A DNA stretch of 64,000 bases from the human T2T-CHM13v2.0 reference genome, Homo sapiens. The stretch spans positions 8,448,001 through 8,512,000 of the forward strand of contig CP086569.2 in assembly GCA_009914755.4 (NCBI GenBank), in the 5' to 3' direction. This document shows, one piece after another, positions 37,893 through 51,869 of this stretch; position 1 is the first letter of the stretch; each line of letters begins with the position of its first letter. Made by a program: the position numbers and the translations under genes. Under the pieces are notes generated by a model. It ran no database searches, was not told the DNA's origin, and worked only from the letters and a program-made list of their open reading frames with translations.

Positions 37893-40200
37893 CTAGACTC
37901 GGATCATGGGGACTGGTGTTGTAAACATCTGCTGACCTGTGTTCTATAAGGACTAAAAAGAATTAGGGAAAAGCCCATGAATTATTCAATGATGTCCACT
38001 ATAACTCAGGGAAAGGAAGAAAATCATTTTGCCTTCCTCAAGTGGCTATGGGAGTCCTTCAGAAAGTGTACTCCTCTGTCACCCAACTCCCTCAAGGGTC
38101 AATTGATCCTAAAAGATAAGTTTATTACCCAATCAGCCACAGATATCAGGAGAAAGCTCCAAAACCAAGCCCTGGGCCCTGAAAAAATCTAGAGGCGTTA
38201 TTAAGCCTGGCAACCTTGATGTTCTGTAACAGGCACCAAGAGAAACAGGCCAAACAGAAAAGCAAGATCAGAAAAAGGCCACAGTGTTTGTCATGGCCCT
38301 CAGAAAAACAAATCTCTATGGTTCAGAGAGGACAGAAAATGGAGCAGGCCAATCACCTGGTGGGGCTTGTTATCAGTGTGGTTTCCAAGGACCTTTTAAA
38401 AAAGATTGTTCAGTGAAAAATAAGATGCCTCCTCGCCCATGTCCCCTATGCCAAGACAATCATTGGAATTCTGGCACACTGCCCCAGAGGTCAAAAGTTC
38501 TCTGGGCCAGAAGCCCCCAACCATATGATCCAACAACAGGACTGAGGGTGCCCAGGGCAAGTGCCAGCCCATGTTATCACCCTCACTGAGCCCCAAGTAT
38601 GTATAACCATTGAGGTCCAGGAAGTTGACTTCTTCCTGGACACTGGATTGGCTTTCTCAGTGTTGATCTCCTGTCCCGGACAACAGTCCTCAAGGTCCAT
38701 TACCATCCAAGGAATCCTGGGACAGCCTGTAACCAGGTATTTCTCCCAAATTCTCAGTTGTAATTGGGAGACATTTCTACAGATAGTAAGTATGCTTATC
38801 TAATCCTACATGCCCATGCTACAATATGGAAAGGAAAGGAGTTCCTAACCTTTGGGGGAGCCCCCATTAAATATCACAAGGAAACCATGGAGTTATTGCA
38901 CACAGTGCAAAAATCCAAGAAGGTGCCAAAGCCATCAAAAGGGAAGGAAAGGGGAGAACAGCAGCATAAGCAGCTGGCAGAGGCAGGGAATGACCAGCAA
39001 AGAGGAAGAGACAGAGAGACAAAGAGAGAAAGAAAGAGACAAAGTCAAATAGAAGGAGACAAGGAGAGGAAGAGACAGAGAGACAGAAAGTCAATGAGAG
39101 AAAGAAGGAGAGGAAGAGACAAAGAGGGAGTCAGAGAGAAACAGAAAGATAAAGAGAGACAAAGTCAAAGAGAGAAGGAAAGAGAGGAAGAGATAGACCA
39201 AGGAGTCAAAGAGAGAGAAAGAAAGAGATAGAAGTAGTAAAGAACACACAGTGTAACCTATTCCTTTAATTCCAAGGTAAATTTAGAAACTATAATTGAT
39301 AATTGAAGGTCTTCTCTGTGACCTTATAACACTCCAATACCACCTAGATGTCAGTGTAAACAAGGAAGTAACCTAAAATCACTGAGGCCACTGACAACCC
39401 ATAGCCTTTCTATCAAAAATCCTTAACCCAGCAGGTTTCCTAAAAGGGGATCTAAATTTTAACTAATTACCATACAAAGGTCTGAGCAGACCTGGGATGA
39501 TCTCCCTTCAGGACAGGATGATAGATGTTTCCTCTAGGGTGATTAAGGGAAAAAGACACAATGGGTACTCAGCAAGTGATAAGAAAATTCTTGTAGAAGC
39601 AGAATTGGGAAAATTGACTAATAATTGGTCTGCTCAAAAGTGTGAGCAGTTTGCACTCAGCCAAACTTTGAAGTACTTACAGAATCAGAATGGAGCCATC
39701 TATACCAATTCTAAGTTAATATGGACTGAACGACATCTTATTAATAGCAAAGAATAAATGAAATCCCAAACTTAGAATGTTTTTAGCAAAAGTAGAGTTT
39801 GCTAAAAGTTAACAGTGTAACATGTATTATCCTAACTTCTAATCTTGTGGAAAGCAGACCCTATTAGTGCCCCTCAAAGCTCAGGTTGCAAGAAATAACA
39901 AAATCTATCCTTACTCTACAAACCCAAATAGATTTTTTGGCAGCAGTGACTCTCTAAAACCATAGAAACCTTGACGTATGCATTGCTGAGGAAGGCGGAC
40001 TTTGCACCTTCTTAGGGGAAGACTGTTTCTTTTACACTAACAAGTCAGGGACAGTACCAGACACCACCCACCTTTACAGGAAAAGGCTCCTGAAATCAGA
40101 CAATACGTTTCAAACTCTTACACTGACTTCTGGATTCTTACTGGGTTAATAACTTCAAAAATGTTCATCTTCTTTTCTAGCTTCATTTTCATTTAATTCA
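37893..40200 (+). pseudogene. ERV9-like internal remnant with large deletions: gag CA end, NC, protease, RNase H fragment A, GA-rich expansion, RNase H fragment B, env TM fragment. No 3' LTR
   Basis: 37977-38192 ..QSATDIRRKLQNQALGPEK (CA C-terminus). 38284-38589 ..CYQCGFQGPFKKDC (NC knuckle with His replaced by Pro). 38561-38803 ITLTEPQVCITIEVQEVDFFLDTGLAFSVL (protease, DTGL codons at 38639-38650). 38764-38930 ..DSKYAYLILHAHATIWKGKEFLT.. (RNase H C-terminal part). 39497-39757 ..SAQKCEQFALSQTLKYLQNQNGAIYTNSK.. (RNase H core). About 39870-40110 ..IAEEGGLCTFLGEDCFFYTNKSGTVPD.. (gamma-type TM immunosuppressive-domain/CX6CC region, one Cys lost). RT, most of gag and IN are absent. Confidence 0.72.
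38985..39235 (+). repeat. GA-rich imperfect microsatellite, (AGAGA/AGAAAG)n-like
   Basis: agaggaagagacagagagacaaagagagaaagaaagagacaaagtcaaa... runs for about 250 bp. It is read in frame by the 155-aa ORF 38764-39231 as an R/E/K/D-rich low-complexity tail. Confidence 0.85.
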
Positions 40201-43002
40201 CTACCTCATTGTCTCTCCCCTGAATATTTCTGGTATCATCTTTGCTAGTTTTCTTGCCTTCTACAATTAAGGCTTGGTTCACATTTGTGCAAAGTGATCC
40301 ATCATTCTAAAATGCATACAACGACACAAAGGAGTATATAGAAGTAGGAGAGAGGAGCTTTAGCGAGAGCCACCAGCATGAAGGAAGTTGGATTTTTTTC
40401 CCCTATTTCCATGTGAGATTTGTTTTCTTTAGATCATTCATTATGCATTAACTTACTTTTGCTATTGCTTACAGACAGGGTACTTTATTTTGTTTAGCAA
40501 CTACAATAGTGCAAAGCACAGGAATGTAGATGCTCGCCAAAATGTACCATTATGTGGGTGCTTCTCTACTTCCTATACTCATCACAGGACATTACAGTGC
40601 AAAAGAGAGATGACTTTTCACGTTCCTAGTTAAGATACCATTCATAAGCAGCAAAAAGAAAAGCCATTAATCCAACTGATTCCTAAACTCTAACAATCTG
40701 TATTCAAATTCTTTAGCATTACAAAATGAAGACTGAACTTGGAATCTTAAGCATCAAAGATGAATTCTACTTTTAACTCTTATTGCATGTATGGCCTCAG
40801 TACAAGCCACTGAACCTTTCAAACCTGTTTCCTCATCTGAAAAAATGAAGGTAGAAAGGAAATTTAACTTGGGTTGGGAGCTGGGCTACACACGTATGTA
40901 CACTGTCTCATCTAATTTGCAAAAAAAAAGCAAAGAACTGTTAGTGCACAGACTTGTTTCTTCACTCTTCTATCTAAAAAATCAAAAGTTTTTGTGAATT
41001 ATAATAAGAGATAAGGTTGAAATATGAACTCTGCATAACTGTGGACCTTAGTTATAATTCTAAGAGACAATATCCATTTATTCCAAAGGACATCAGGGAA
41101 GCTGGCATCTAGTAACTACTTTGTTGTTGATAAGATGTGTGATTTTAGACAAGCTACGTGCTCCCACTTGGGTTCAGTTTTTACCCCCTTCTTAAAATGA
41201 GAGGATTGGGTTATTTCTACAAAACCTTCCTTTTGATATTCTATGCCAGGAATTGGCAGCTATCTTCTACAAAGGGCAAGACAGTAAAGATTTTATGCTT
41301 TGAAGGTCATAATATCTCTGTCAAAACTACTCAACTCTATCTGTACAGAAAAACAACAGCTGTAGATAATATGTAAATTAATTGACATGACTGCATTAGA
41401 GCAAAATTCTACTTACAAAACAGATTGTGGCCTGAATTTAGCCCAGAGAACTTACTTTGATGAGCCCTGATCTATGAAGCAATGAAGAATTTTGTGTGTG
41501 ACCAATTCTACACTCCTCCTGTTTCTGTTTGGATCAATATAGTGAGAACTTATTTTGTTCACGGCTTGTCTAAAGATGTCTCTCTGTTGAAGTGGAGTTT
41601 ACTTAAGTGCTTCAATCATTTGTTTAAGTCGGGATTAAGCTGAGCATTTTGAGAAGTAAATAGACTGGTTTTTGGCTGTAGCTTATGTAGAACAGCATTG
41701 GCTATTTTAAGCATACACGAATACTATCATGTTCTACACATGAACATGACAGAAAGGAAGAAAACCTTAATAAATAAAAGTTATATGACAGGAATTAGGA
41801 TAGACTTAAGATCCTACTGTCACCTATTTATTCCAATTTTTACATATCATCACATTATCACAGTATCCCAGCCAATATATTGACATTCATAAAAATACAC
41901 ATTGGATTGCATTTTAAGTTATCAAACATATCACTTTTCTGAAATGCACAGAGGTCTTCAATGAGGCTTCTTAGCTACAAGGGACCGTTTTACAAAGTAT
42001 GGGAAACAAGGGGGAATTAAGGATTTTCATTTCTGCCTATGGTAGATGGACAAATGGCCTGTTAAAGGTGTTTGATTATGTTAAGCAACTATCACAGGAA
42101 AGGGACCTGGGAATCATTGTCAAAGCCAGCAATTGAACAATAACATAACTCTAGGTCTGAATACTGTAAGGTTTTTGTTATATAAGGCTTGGCCAGTTCA
42201 ACCATGGTAGCATTACTTTAGGACTTTCTTTTTCTTTTGCTGTTGTTTAATTCAGCTAGCTCTTTGTGCTAAAGATGAATCTGATGGCAATATTTATCAC
42301 CAAAGTTTTTCATCACAGCAAGAAGCACTTCTGAAGCTGGAGGAAGCTTTGGGCACACTGACAAATTTCCCCAAAGCAAGATTGAACTATGGGCTCCTAA
42401 ATCAGCAGTGTTTTGATATTTGCACATTCTCTTTATTTTCTATTCTCATTGTTTCTTTCTGTTCCACTATGCCTTCAACTTCACTTGTTCAATGACTTCA
42501 GTCATAGAACATATTGAGAGGGCATGGGCAGATGGTGAATTCACCAGGGAGTTTATGCAATTCTCTGATTTATTTCATCATTCTAGAATTATACAGAAAT
42601 AAGACTAGTATGAGCTTAAGCATATTCTGCCTTGAAGAATGAAAAAAAATGACACCAAAAATGATTAAAACATAAATTTAAATAGAGTTCTATTTGCCCT
42701 ATACAATATTTCCAGTTAGATTTTAGCTGAATTCTGTCAGTTCCTCACCCCTGATAGCTGCAATTTTCAGTTCTGGATAGCATTTTTATCAGTGTTTTGT
42801 TTTTTTTTTTTTTTTCCAATAATGACATTTTTCTCACAATTTTTTTATCTGATCACCCTTTCATGAATTTTGTAAATAAATATGTATTTATTGTTTGAGT
42901 TTCAACATTATTGTGCTTACTTTTGACATGATCCATTTTTGTTATTTTGCAAACACAGAATTTAACATAGGATACAAACATATTATGCATATTACACACC
43001 AC

Positions 43003-43027
43003 ATACACACACACACACACACACACA
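43003..43027. repeat. (CA)n microsatellite
   Basis: acacacacacacacacacacacaca. Confidence 0.9.
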
Positions 43028-44015
43028 TATCCATATGCAATCTTGTGCTGCATAGTCTGTCAATTCCACTGATCCTCAGTGGATGCAATTTTGTTCCATG
43101 TCACATATTTGGCAATGTTTGGGACATTTTTGGCTGTCACAACCTGGGGTGAGAGGAGACAGGGAGAGATTCTACTTGCATCTAATGGGTACATGTCAGG
43201 GATTTTGCCAATGGTCTTGCTATGCACAGTCCAGACCCTCATCCCCAACAAGGAAAAAGAATTATCCAGCCCACGGTACCTATAGTGCACAGGTTTAAAA
43301 AATTCTGGTCTGGCCTAAAAGCATGTAAAAATGTACAGATAATTCAAGCAATTCTGTATCATATCACTGATCATTAGCATGCCATAAGTCCTTACAGTAT
43401 ATATGAGAAAGTTTTACAGAAAAATGCTAGAAATTTTTTTTTTCTGATGGTATACAATCTACTCTTATTAAGAAAATTGCAAAGTAGAGAGTCTTACAAT
43501 GCACCCAAAGTAATATATTTTTTCTTGAGAAATGACAAGGAGGATTTGATTAAGAATATATATTTATATTTGTAGTTATTGTTATAATTATATCTGCCCC
43601 GAATATTTTTATTCTATTACTTGCTATCCATCATTCTATTCAATTTTTTTTTTTTTTTTTTGCTACCTGTACTTGAGTAATAGAGAAGCTGCCATGTTTT
43701 ATCAATATAAGCTTTGAACCTGGAAATTTGCACTGGGAGTGTGAATCTACTCTTTCTTTCCCTATGGCTACTAAACTATTATATGCAATGTACCAGGTAT
43801 TTCTAAGGCTTTCGATTACATGAATTGAAGAAGTGCTGAAGCTCTCGAGGGAAACAGAGATAAGCAAAAAGAGGAGGAAGCTGTGTAATAAGCTTTTCTG
43901 TGCATTATGAATGTATTTTCCACTCTGGCAATTTTTCAAAGTGGGAAATAAAAAATAAAGTTGCTCTTTGCATATTGGCAATGATAGACTGCTGTTTCTT
44001 TCTTTTTTTTCTCCT

Positions 44016-44310
44016 TTTTTTTTTTTTGAGACAGTTTCTCTCTTATTGGCCAGGCTGCAGGGCAATGGTGCGATCTTGCCTCACCGCAACTTCCGCCTCC
44101 CGGGTTCTATCAATTCTCCTACCTCAGCCTCCTGGGTAGCTAGGATTACAGGCAGGCACCACTACGCCCGGCTAATTTTTGTATTTTTTAGTAGAGACTG
44201 GGTTTCACCATGTTGGTCAGGCTGGTCTCCATCTCCTGACCTCAATTGATCCACCTGCCTCAGCCTCCCAAAGTGCTGGGATGACAGGCTTGTGGCACCG
44301 CACCCCGCCG
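44016..44310 (-). mobile_element. Alu SINE, antisense, full length
   Basis: Poly-T then gagacagtttctctcttattggccaggctgcagggcaatggtgcgatcttgcctcaccgcaacttccgcctcccgggttc...tcccaaagtgctgggatgacaggcttgtggcaccgcaccccgccg. Confidence 0.9.
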
Positions 44311-45669
44311 ACTGTTGTTTCTTTGAATGAGAAACACTGGAAATAGATTTTAATGAGAGAACATGAAGATCAAGATTATTTTAGTCATATATTCATATAT
44401 GTGCACACACACTTACACCTTTACACATATAAATCCATAATGTATATGTTATCTGCTGCTTCGCTACTTTCACTCATGAATGTCTTGTAAACTCCTTTTT
44501 ATTTCCACTTACATCACTATTTTCATAACTGCTGAACGGTTCCTGGCTTGATGGCTCTTTACTAAGCTATGTTTTCTTGTTTGGAATTTAGGTGCTTTGT
44601 TACCAGAAGCTCCCTGATAAAACAATGCTGCAGTGATCATGCTTGTGCATACTCTTTATGAATTTTTTGCTATCATCTCCAGAAATATTTCTAGAAGATC
44701 TGTTTGGCCAAATGACATTTAATTTAAACAATTTTGAAGCACAATGCTAATTTCCCTTCTGGAAAGGCTGGGACAAGTTGCATTCCCACCAGTACACAGA
44801 TACGGCCACATCATACACCTTTCCTGACAGTGGGAGACTACATGTTCTTCCATCTTTTTAGTATTTTCCTAATTACCACTATGAAGGGTAAGAAAATTTC
44901 ATTTTCATATAAATTTTTCATAAGCAGTAAAGATGAACATCTTTTCATTTTTACTAACCATTTTCAATTATTATTTTGGCTTATTCAATTTCTATTTTGG
45001 CATTTTCAGTTGTTATTGGCTTTTCATGTTTGTTGCTCAGTTTTAAAATAATGTTACTTATCTTTCTAGTTTTGATTTATCAAGCTCTTTGAATACTAAG
45101 AAAATTAAACTGTCAAATGTATTACAAATGTTTTTTCCCAGGTTGCCTTTTAATTCTCATCATGGTATTTTTAGCTAAAAAGAAGCTTTACATTTTTTAT
45201 GTCATCATATTTATCATTTTTTATAAGTTCTTGGTATTCTAGTGCGGTTTAGTATGTATAAATATGCTCACATTCCATGACATCCCTGACAGCAGATTTC
45301 CTTATGTTCTTTCCTTTTTGCTAATGTTTTCCTTTGTTACCAATTTGAAAGGTCAGAATATGACATTTTAATCTCTTTATAGACACAAGAAGGACTGACA
45401 TCTTTAAGTCATTGCCTTTTCTATGTTTCTCTACTTTTTTCAGGACTTTTTCTTTAAACTCTGCCAGTAAAGTTTTATATGGTAGCTTTCTTCATTTAGT
45501 ACTCATGCATTGCTTATTTAATGTATTAATTGTTATTTTCTTTTCATTTTACTTTTGACTGACTGTGTGAATGGGCCTTTTCATCTCATTTTAGCTTTTT
45601 GTTTGTATGAAAGGAAGATATTAGACATTATATATTAATTCTGCAGCCACTTTCATATCAAATACGTAA

Positions 45670-45968
<299 letters not shown>

Positions 45969-46653
45969 CTTTTTCTTTTCTTTTCTAAATGTATTATGTA
46001 GCAATTGTTAGAAAATAATTTTTGTATGTATTCAAGTTATAAAACATGATGTTATAAGATACATATAGAAGAGCAGAAAATCTATCAATTTGAAAATATT
46101 TTTAAATAACTGTCAAAACCTGCATCCTAATTTTGTGCACATATAAATTTTAAATTTTTCAATTACTTTTACAATTAAACATATGGCTTTTAATTTGAAT
46201 CACATATTACACATTTTCAGAAAGCACTCATATTTAAATGAAGGTATAAGTTTATAAATTGCCTCATTGACATCTACCAGAATGACCATATTTCTCTCCT
46301 CCTTTGGCTTGTTAACATGGTAAAGTATATTTATGCAATTCTTCACAGGATTCCCGATTTTGAATGTTTTTCATTCTCAGAATGTCTCCCACTTCATCAT
46401 TATGTATTATTTTATTGGTATACTGTTGGATTACGTTTACAAATATTTTCAAATACCTGATTTCAGACTTTTGCATTGACATATTTTTCTGTAGATTTAT
46501 TTGCATTTATTATTGTCATTAGGTTGATTTGGGTGTTAGTATTATATTTTCTTAATGAAACAATTAGAAATGTTTTGTTGTCGTCCACACTCTGAAACAG
46601 TTTAAAATGTGTGGAAATTATATTGGTTAAAGGAGTGACATTTCTAGCCATAG

Positions 46654-46663
<10 letters not shown>

Positions 46664-46688
<25 letters not shown>
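46664..46688. repeat. (GA)n microsatellite
   Basis: gagagagagagagagagagagagag. Confidence 0.9.
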
Positions 46689-46692
<4 letters not shown>

Positions 46693-46770
46693 CAAAATCT
46701 GGATTTCCTTACTCTTCTACCTTCTCTTTGTTTTTACATTTATAAAATCATTATAATAATTGATACGATT

Positions 46771-47100
46771 TGGCTGTGTCCCCACCCAAATCTCCTCTTG
46801 AATTGTAGCCTCCATAATTCCCATGTGTTTCAGGAGGGACCTAGTGGCAGATAATTGAACCACAGGGGCTATTTCTCCCATACTGTTCTTGTGGTAGTCA
46901 ATAAGTCTCATGAAATCTGATGATTTTATAAGGGGAAACCCTTTTCTCTTGGTTCTCATATTCTCTCTTGTCTGACACGATGTAAAATGTGCCTTTTGCC
47001 TTCTGCCATACTGTGAGACCTCCCCAGCCATGACTTAAGGGCTCTTAAGCCCAATTGAGTTAGTGCTCTTTTTGGGCAATGAAAATTTTCTGCAACTGGA
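46771..47100 (+). mobile_element. THE1/MST-class MaLR solo LTR, sense
   Basis: tgatacgatttggctgtgtccccacccaaatctcctcttgaattgtagcctccataattcccatgtgtttcaggagggacctagtggcagataattgaaccacagg...ctcatgaaatctgatgattttataaggg...ccttctgccatactgtgagacctccccagccatg matches the THE1 consensus start and middle. The 3' end is diverged, so that boundary is uncertain. Confidence 0.7.
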
Positions 47101-48351
47101 TTCTTAGGATGATTGCACAACTGCATAAATTAACTAAATATCATTAAATTGCACAATTTATAACTCATAACCTTTATGGTGTGTTAATTATACCTCAATA
47201 AAGCTGTTAAAGTGAAGAAAAGATAGAAAACAGTTTATGCAAATAATGGTAAGAAATGATAGATTTGGTGATTTCAGGTGAGAGAATGTGGAATGAAAAC
47301 ATTTTATCATAATACCCAAGGCTCTGCATTGAGTACCAGGGATTACAGTCTTGAAATTCACTGTACTGATGGACACAGGAGGAGAAATGAGATCCACAGG
47401 AGAAGATAAATTCATGTTTAACAGTTGAGTTGGAAGTGCTAGTGAGATTTTCAAGTGGATGTCTGTGAGGCAGTTCAGTATAAGAGTTGGAGATTAAGAG
47501 ACTGGTCCAAACGGTAATTTGGATTTGGAAGTTCTCTTCATTAGTATTAGTGTTTTTCACCCTTTCCAAATAAGTAACTCTTGCAATCTTTCTTAATCTG
47601 CTTTATTTCTCTAATATCTCATATTTTTACCCTTTATATTCAATACTCTATATAAGAAATAATTGCTACTGGTAATATGTGTTTTCAAACTACATATTCT
47701 CCCCCATCATGCACTTCTAGATACTTTGATAATTCCTCTAGGGGTTTTTATTGAAACATTTCATCTATGGTAACTGAATCCATTGGAGTGGTGGAATTTG
47801 CTCACAGCACAATGAGAAGGGACCATAGATCAAAAGGCTGAGAAATATAGAAATATTGCTAATGAACTTATGGGAATAGCTTCAGAGGACCAGAAGGAAC
47901 CAAATTCCAGTTACAGTGGGAAGTTGGCTGTGAAGCAATTTTCAGGTAAGACAGAGAAAAGATATAGGGCAGTAGCTGGTGGGAATGGAGAGATGCAAAG
48001 GTTAAGATTAAAAATATGTTAGTGTATTTATATGTAGATGTGACAGATAAATGATATAACTGGAGATTAACAAAGCATGAATATTTAAAAAGTTAATTCC
48101 CTTAAAAGATGAAAGATGAAAGGAATTTGGTGCTGATACTTAACAGACAGTTTATTCTATTATAACCTAAAGAAAGGATGAAAGAATAGCTGCTCATACA
48201 CAGATATTCATAGTTGTTCCTCTGTGTTCATCCCCAATCTCATCATTTTCTATTTGAAATTTTGGGGATATTGGCTCCATTACATTGTAATTATTTATAA
48301 CATATTAGATTGTAATTATATATAAACTATTTTGCTCATTTTTCAAGGGTA

Positions 48352-48353
<2 letters not shown>

Positions 48354-48390
<37 letters not shown>

Positions 48391-48398
48391 ATATATTC
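48354..48398. repeat. (GT)n microsatellite
   Basis: A run of about 22 GT dinucleotides. Confidence 0.9.
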
Positions 48399-50053
48399 TA
48401 TAATCACCAAATAATGCTTTATGGATCAGTACATTGTTTTCTACACAGTAACCCTTGACTTGTAGCTCTAGAAGAGTTGCTTCAAGACTCTGTTTAGGAA
48501 GCTGGCCCAGAAAAGACGTGGTGATACATTTAGTCCTGTGGCTGTTCCTCTAGCCCTCCCTTCCCTGTAGAGAGCTGAGGTCAAGGAATACAAAACAAGA
48601 AGGGTGTGCTATTTCTCATGATTTGCTTTTGCTTCCTGTCCCCAGCATTCTAAGCTGAGACCTATCAATGGAAATCTTAATAACTTAGTAACTGGCTCAC
48701 ATCGGCCAGGAAGCTTAGTTCTGTTTTCAGATGATGGGTCATATTTCTGTTTCTTGGTATTCATATTGCCAGTGGTGCTAAAATGAGACACCAACTGCAG
48801 GTTCCTTCCAACTGCAAGAGAAATATAGTTCAGAGCATGGACTATGGCCGACAGGATTAGTATCTTCATATTTGTTCCTTAAGATGAATTTTCCAAAATT
48901 CATTGACTTCTCACATTACATTTAGATTTTTATTGGCAATTTTTGAGGTCGTTAATCACTAGTTCATTTTGCTAATCCCACACCATTGAGCACCAGTCAG
49001 TTGCACAGCATTGATTCAAGTGTTGTGAGGCAGCAAAGGTTAACTAGATGAAGTTTATCCCTGACAGGAGATAAAGGTTTCACTGATAAATAAGTGCATA
49101 TTTCAAAAATAAAATAGAGGACTGCATACATTTTCTTAGTGTAGTCTAAGGGAGGCCTCATGATGTAGGGAAAAGAACATTAATTTCACAGTAATATGGA
49201 CCCAAGTGTGTCACTTAAATATTTTTTGACCTGGGACAATTTATTGAACTTCAAGTCCCAATTTTTTCAACTGTAAAGTGGAAATGATGAAAATTCCTAC
49301 CTAAGTGGTTCACGTGTGTGCGTATGTGCATGCAGTGAGCAAATAAAATAATATGCAAAGCACTGTGGAATATAGTAGGACTTCAGTATATTTTTACTTA
49401 GTCTCTTGTCCCTGCCAAACCATCCCAACATCTTAAGTAGTTAATTCCTCAGAAGTCAGAGGAACATAAAATATTTGGTGATATTGTACTTCTTTGATGA
49501 ATTATCCAACTTTAAAAAGTACATGACAATACATATAGTTCTCTCAAAATTCAAAATAATGTCCTTACTAAAACAATTTAGAGTGGTGACTTACAATGTC
49601 CTTCCATACTGCTTCAGAGATTTGGCTTATATTATCAAGAATAGCATTTTATTTAAAAAGCTCATCCTCAGCTATTACTGATTTAGGAGTAGCAGATATA
49701 TGGAAACTTTAACACTCTATTGAATGGGATTATACATTTTTCTCTAGCCCACATAACTCATATTTCCAGGATCTTTCTAAATTCTTCAACTTCTGATTAA
49801 TGATGTGGATAGCATGGCTCCAGGTAGTGTTCCCCTATCTGACCATGCCACAGACTCACTTTCAATTGCCCTTCAGAAAGCATTAGGCAGCATTTTGGCA
49901 AAACTTCCTTTAGTAAGGAATACTGGATAGGAAGATTGTAATTTATAATTCTAAAACTACATAAAAAGTTCACACACACATATCCAAGGACTCTGGATTG
50001 CTGACATATATATATATCTCACTTTAGATATGAGCTATAATCAGTCATTATAT

Positions 50054-50221
50054 AGTACTGCTATAAGGATGACTGAGATATATGCAAATTATCTATTGTA
50101 AACACTGACACATAGCAGAACAAATATTTGCTGAAATGAATTTTTCCATTTAATCATGTGAGGATGTTGCAATTCAATTTAAGTAACTTTCTCAAGGTCA
50201 TACAGATTTTAATAACAGTTG

Positions 50222-50224
<3 letters not shown>
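50054..50224 (+). repeat. Direct repeat copy 1 (about 171 bp), family unknown
   Basis: agtactgctataaggatgactgagat...atttgctgaaatgaatttttccatttaatcatgtgaggatgttgcaattcaatttaagtaactttctcaaggtcatacagattttaataacagttgtat. The same sequence recurs at 53346-53522. Confidence 0.8.
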
Positions 50225-50228
<4 letters not shown>

Positions 50229-50253
<25 letters not shown>

Positions 50254-50262
50254 AGCAATCCA
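50229..50262. repeat. (GT)n microsatellite
   Basis: gtgtgtgtgtgtgtgtgtgtgtgtgtgtg directly after the first copy of the 175-bp direct repeat. Confidence 0.9.
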
Positions 50263-51869
50263 GAGTTCTCTTATATTTTATATATAAAATGACCTTATGT
50301 AATTGTGTGTTGGGGGTGTGTGTGTTTGTGTATAAATTAAACTTATATAGGCTCTCTTTCAGTTATTAATTGACATCAATTTTTTTCTGGAGCACAGTAT
50401 TATTAATTACAAAAATAACTGGCAAATTTCTCATTAAGGATAAATGTGAACTGAGAAGACTAGATAAATCATTGTCTGCCTCATTCAGATTGAAGGAAAC
50501 ATCTAGACTCTGGAGGGAGCCATGAAAAACATGTATATTATATAGTTTTATGTTTTAGTAGCTTCACCTCGTTCTATTAAGCCTCTAACTCAACTGTAAT
50601 CATAAAAGGTTAATATTGAGATAAAACCTAAAGACATAAATTAGGCTTTGCCATTACTTGCCCCCAAAGGAGACTTAAGCTATGTAATACTTGATCAGCA
50701 GGACTCTTCTTTATTATTAAAGAAATGAAGATACGCTGCATTGAATGATATTATTGGAAATGCCTAAATTTTCTCATCATCTTACAACTGCTTAAAATTG
50801 CTGTTGCAGATTTCTGTAGGCAAAATCTTAGGTCCCAGAGTACCCCTGCAGAATGTTATGGAGTATTAATAGGTAATGTGTTTCAGTTAAGCACAAAAAT
50901 ATACTTAAATAGCCATATTGAGTATTTTCAGGATGAAATGAGATATTTTATTTTTATTCTACTATAAAGAAGGGTCAATCTGAAATGGTGTGCTGGAATT
51001 ACAGGCTAAAAATCAAAACTGAGGCATCATCAAAAATATTTCTCATTTATGAACATTTCATGATATTAAAACACCAATTATCTATCATATCTTGCTCCTT
51101 GTGTAGCTTCAGTTTTCAGTATTAGATATTACCACTTCACATTTGCTATTCATCAATTTTAAAAGCAACACTTTTCTAATAAAAATTGTTGCATTATCCT
51201 TGGCAAAGGCATGGCACTGTTGGATTGCCACATATATCATCAACTTATTCTAAGAAGAAATCCCCAGGTTTTAACTAATGAATATGCAGCTCTCTCAGAG
51301 GTAAAATAATTTCACACAAATCTTTCTTAGAATTTTGTTTTCTAAAAAAATGTTAAATTTAATTTAAAGATTTCAAAAGTTTTTTTCTTCAACATTTGTG
51401 CTAAAATAGTATGTTCCTAAGACTTTAAAAATATATAAACCTTAACTGTTTTAATTTGTGGCACAAAGATGTAATGGTACATAGCATAGGTTTCTAGAGC
51501 AGTGACATTTATTTAATCTTAAACATTTTTCTTTTAAAGCTTCCTTTTAATATTCAACTAACAATCTCAATTATAAGACTATGATTTTAATTTGATCATC
51601 ATATATAACTCTACAAACAATTACCAGTGGTTATGATTATTCAGATTTTTCATCAAAACACAGGGGGAAAGAATAGACAACAATGTAATTACTGAAATGT
51701 TATGCTTTGTCAAAAAAATTACATCAAATTTAAAGTAATAGTATGTTTGGTGAGTACTTTCTAATTTATAAAGCACTTTCACATTTTTGCCCATTTGGTC
51801 CTCTTAATGTGAGGAAACAGGGAGGGCCTCAATAATTTTCTGATACTCAAAAACAACAAAGCTGAAGGC

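Noticed and set aside
43640-44065. 141-aa minus-strand ORF
   Set aside because: Runs through poly-T/poly-A tracts (translated as KKKK/FFFF) and into the Alu at 44016. Low-complexity artefact.
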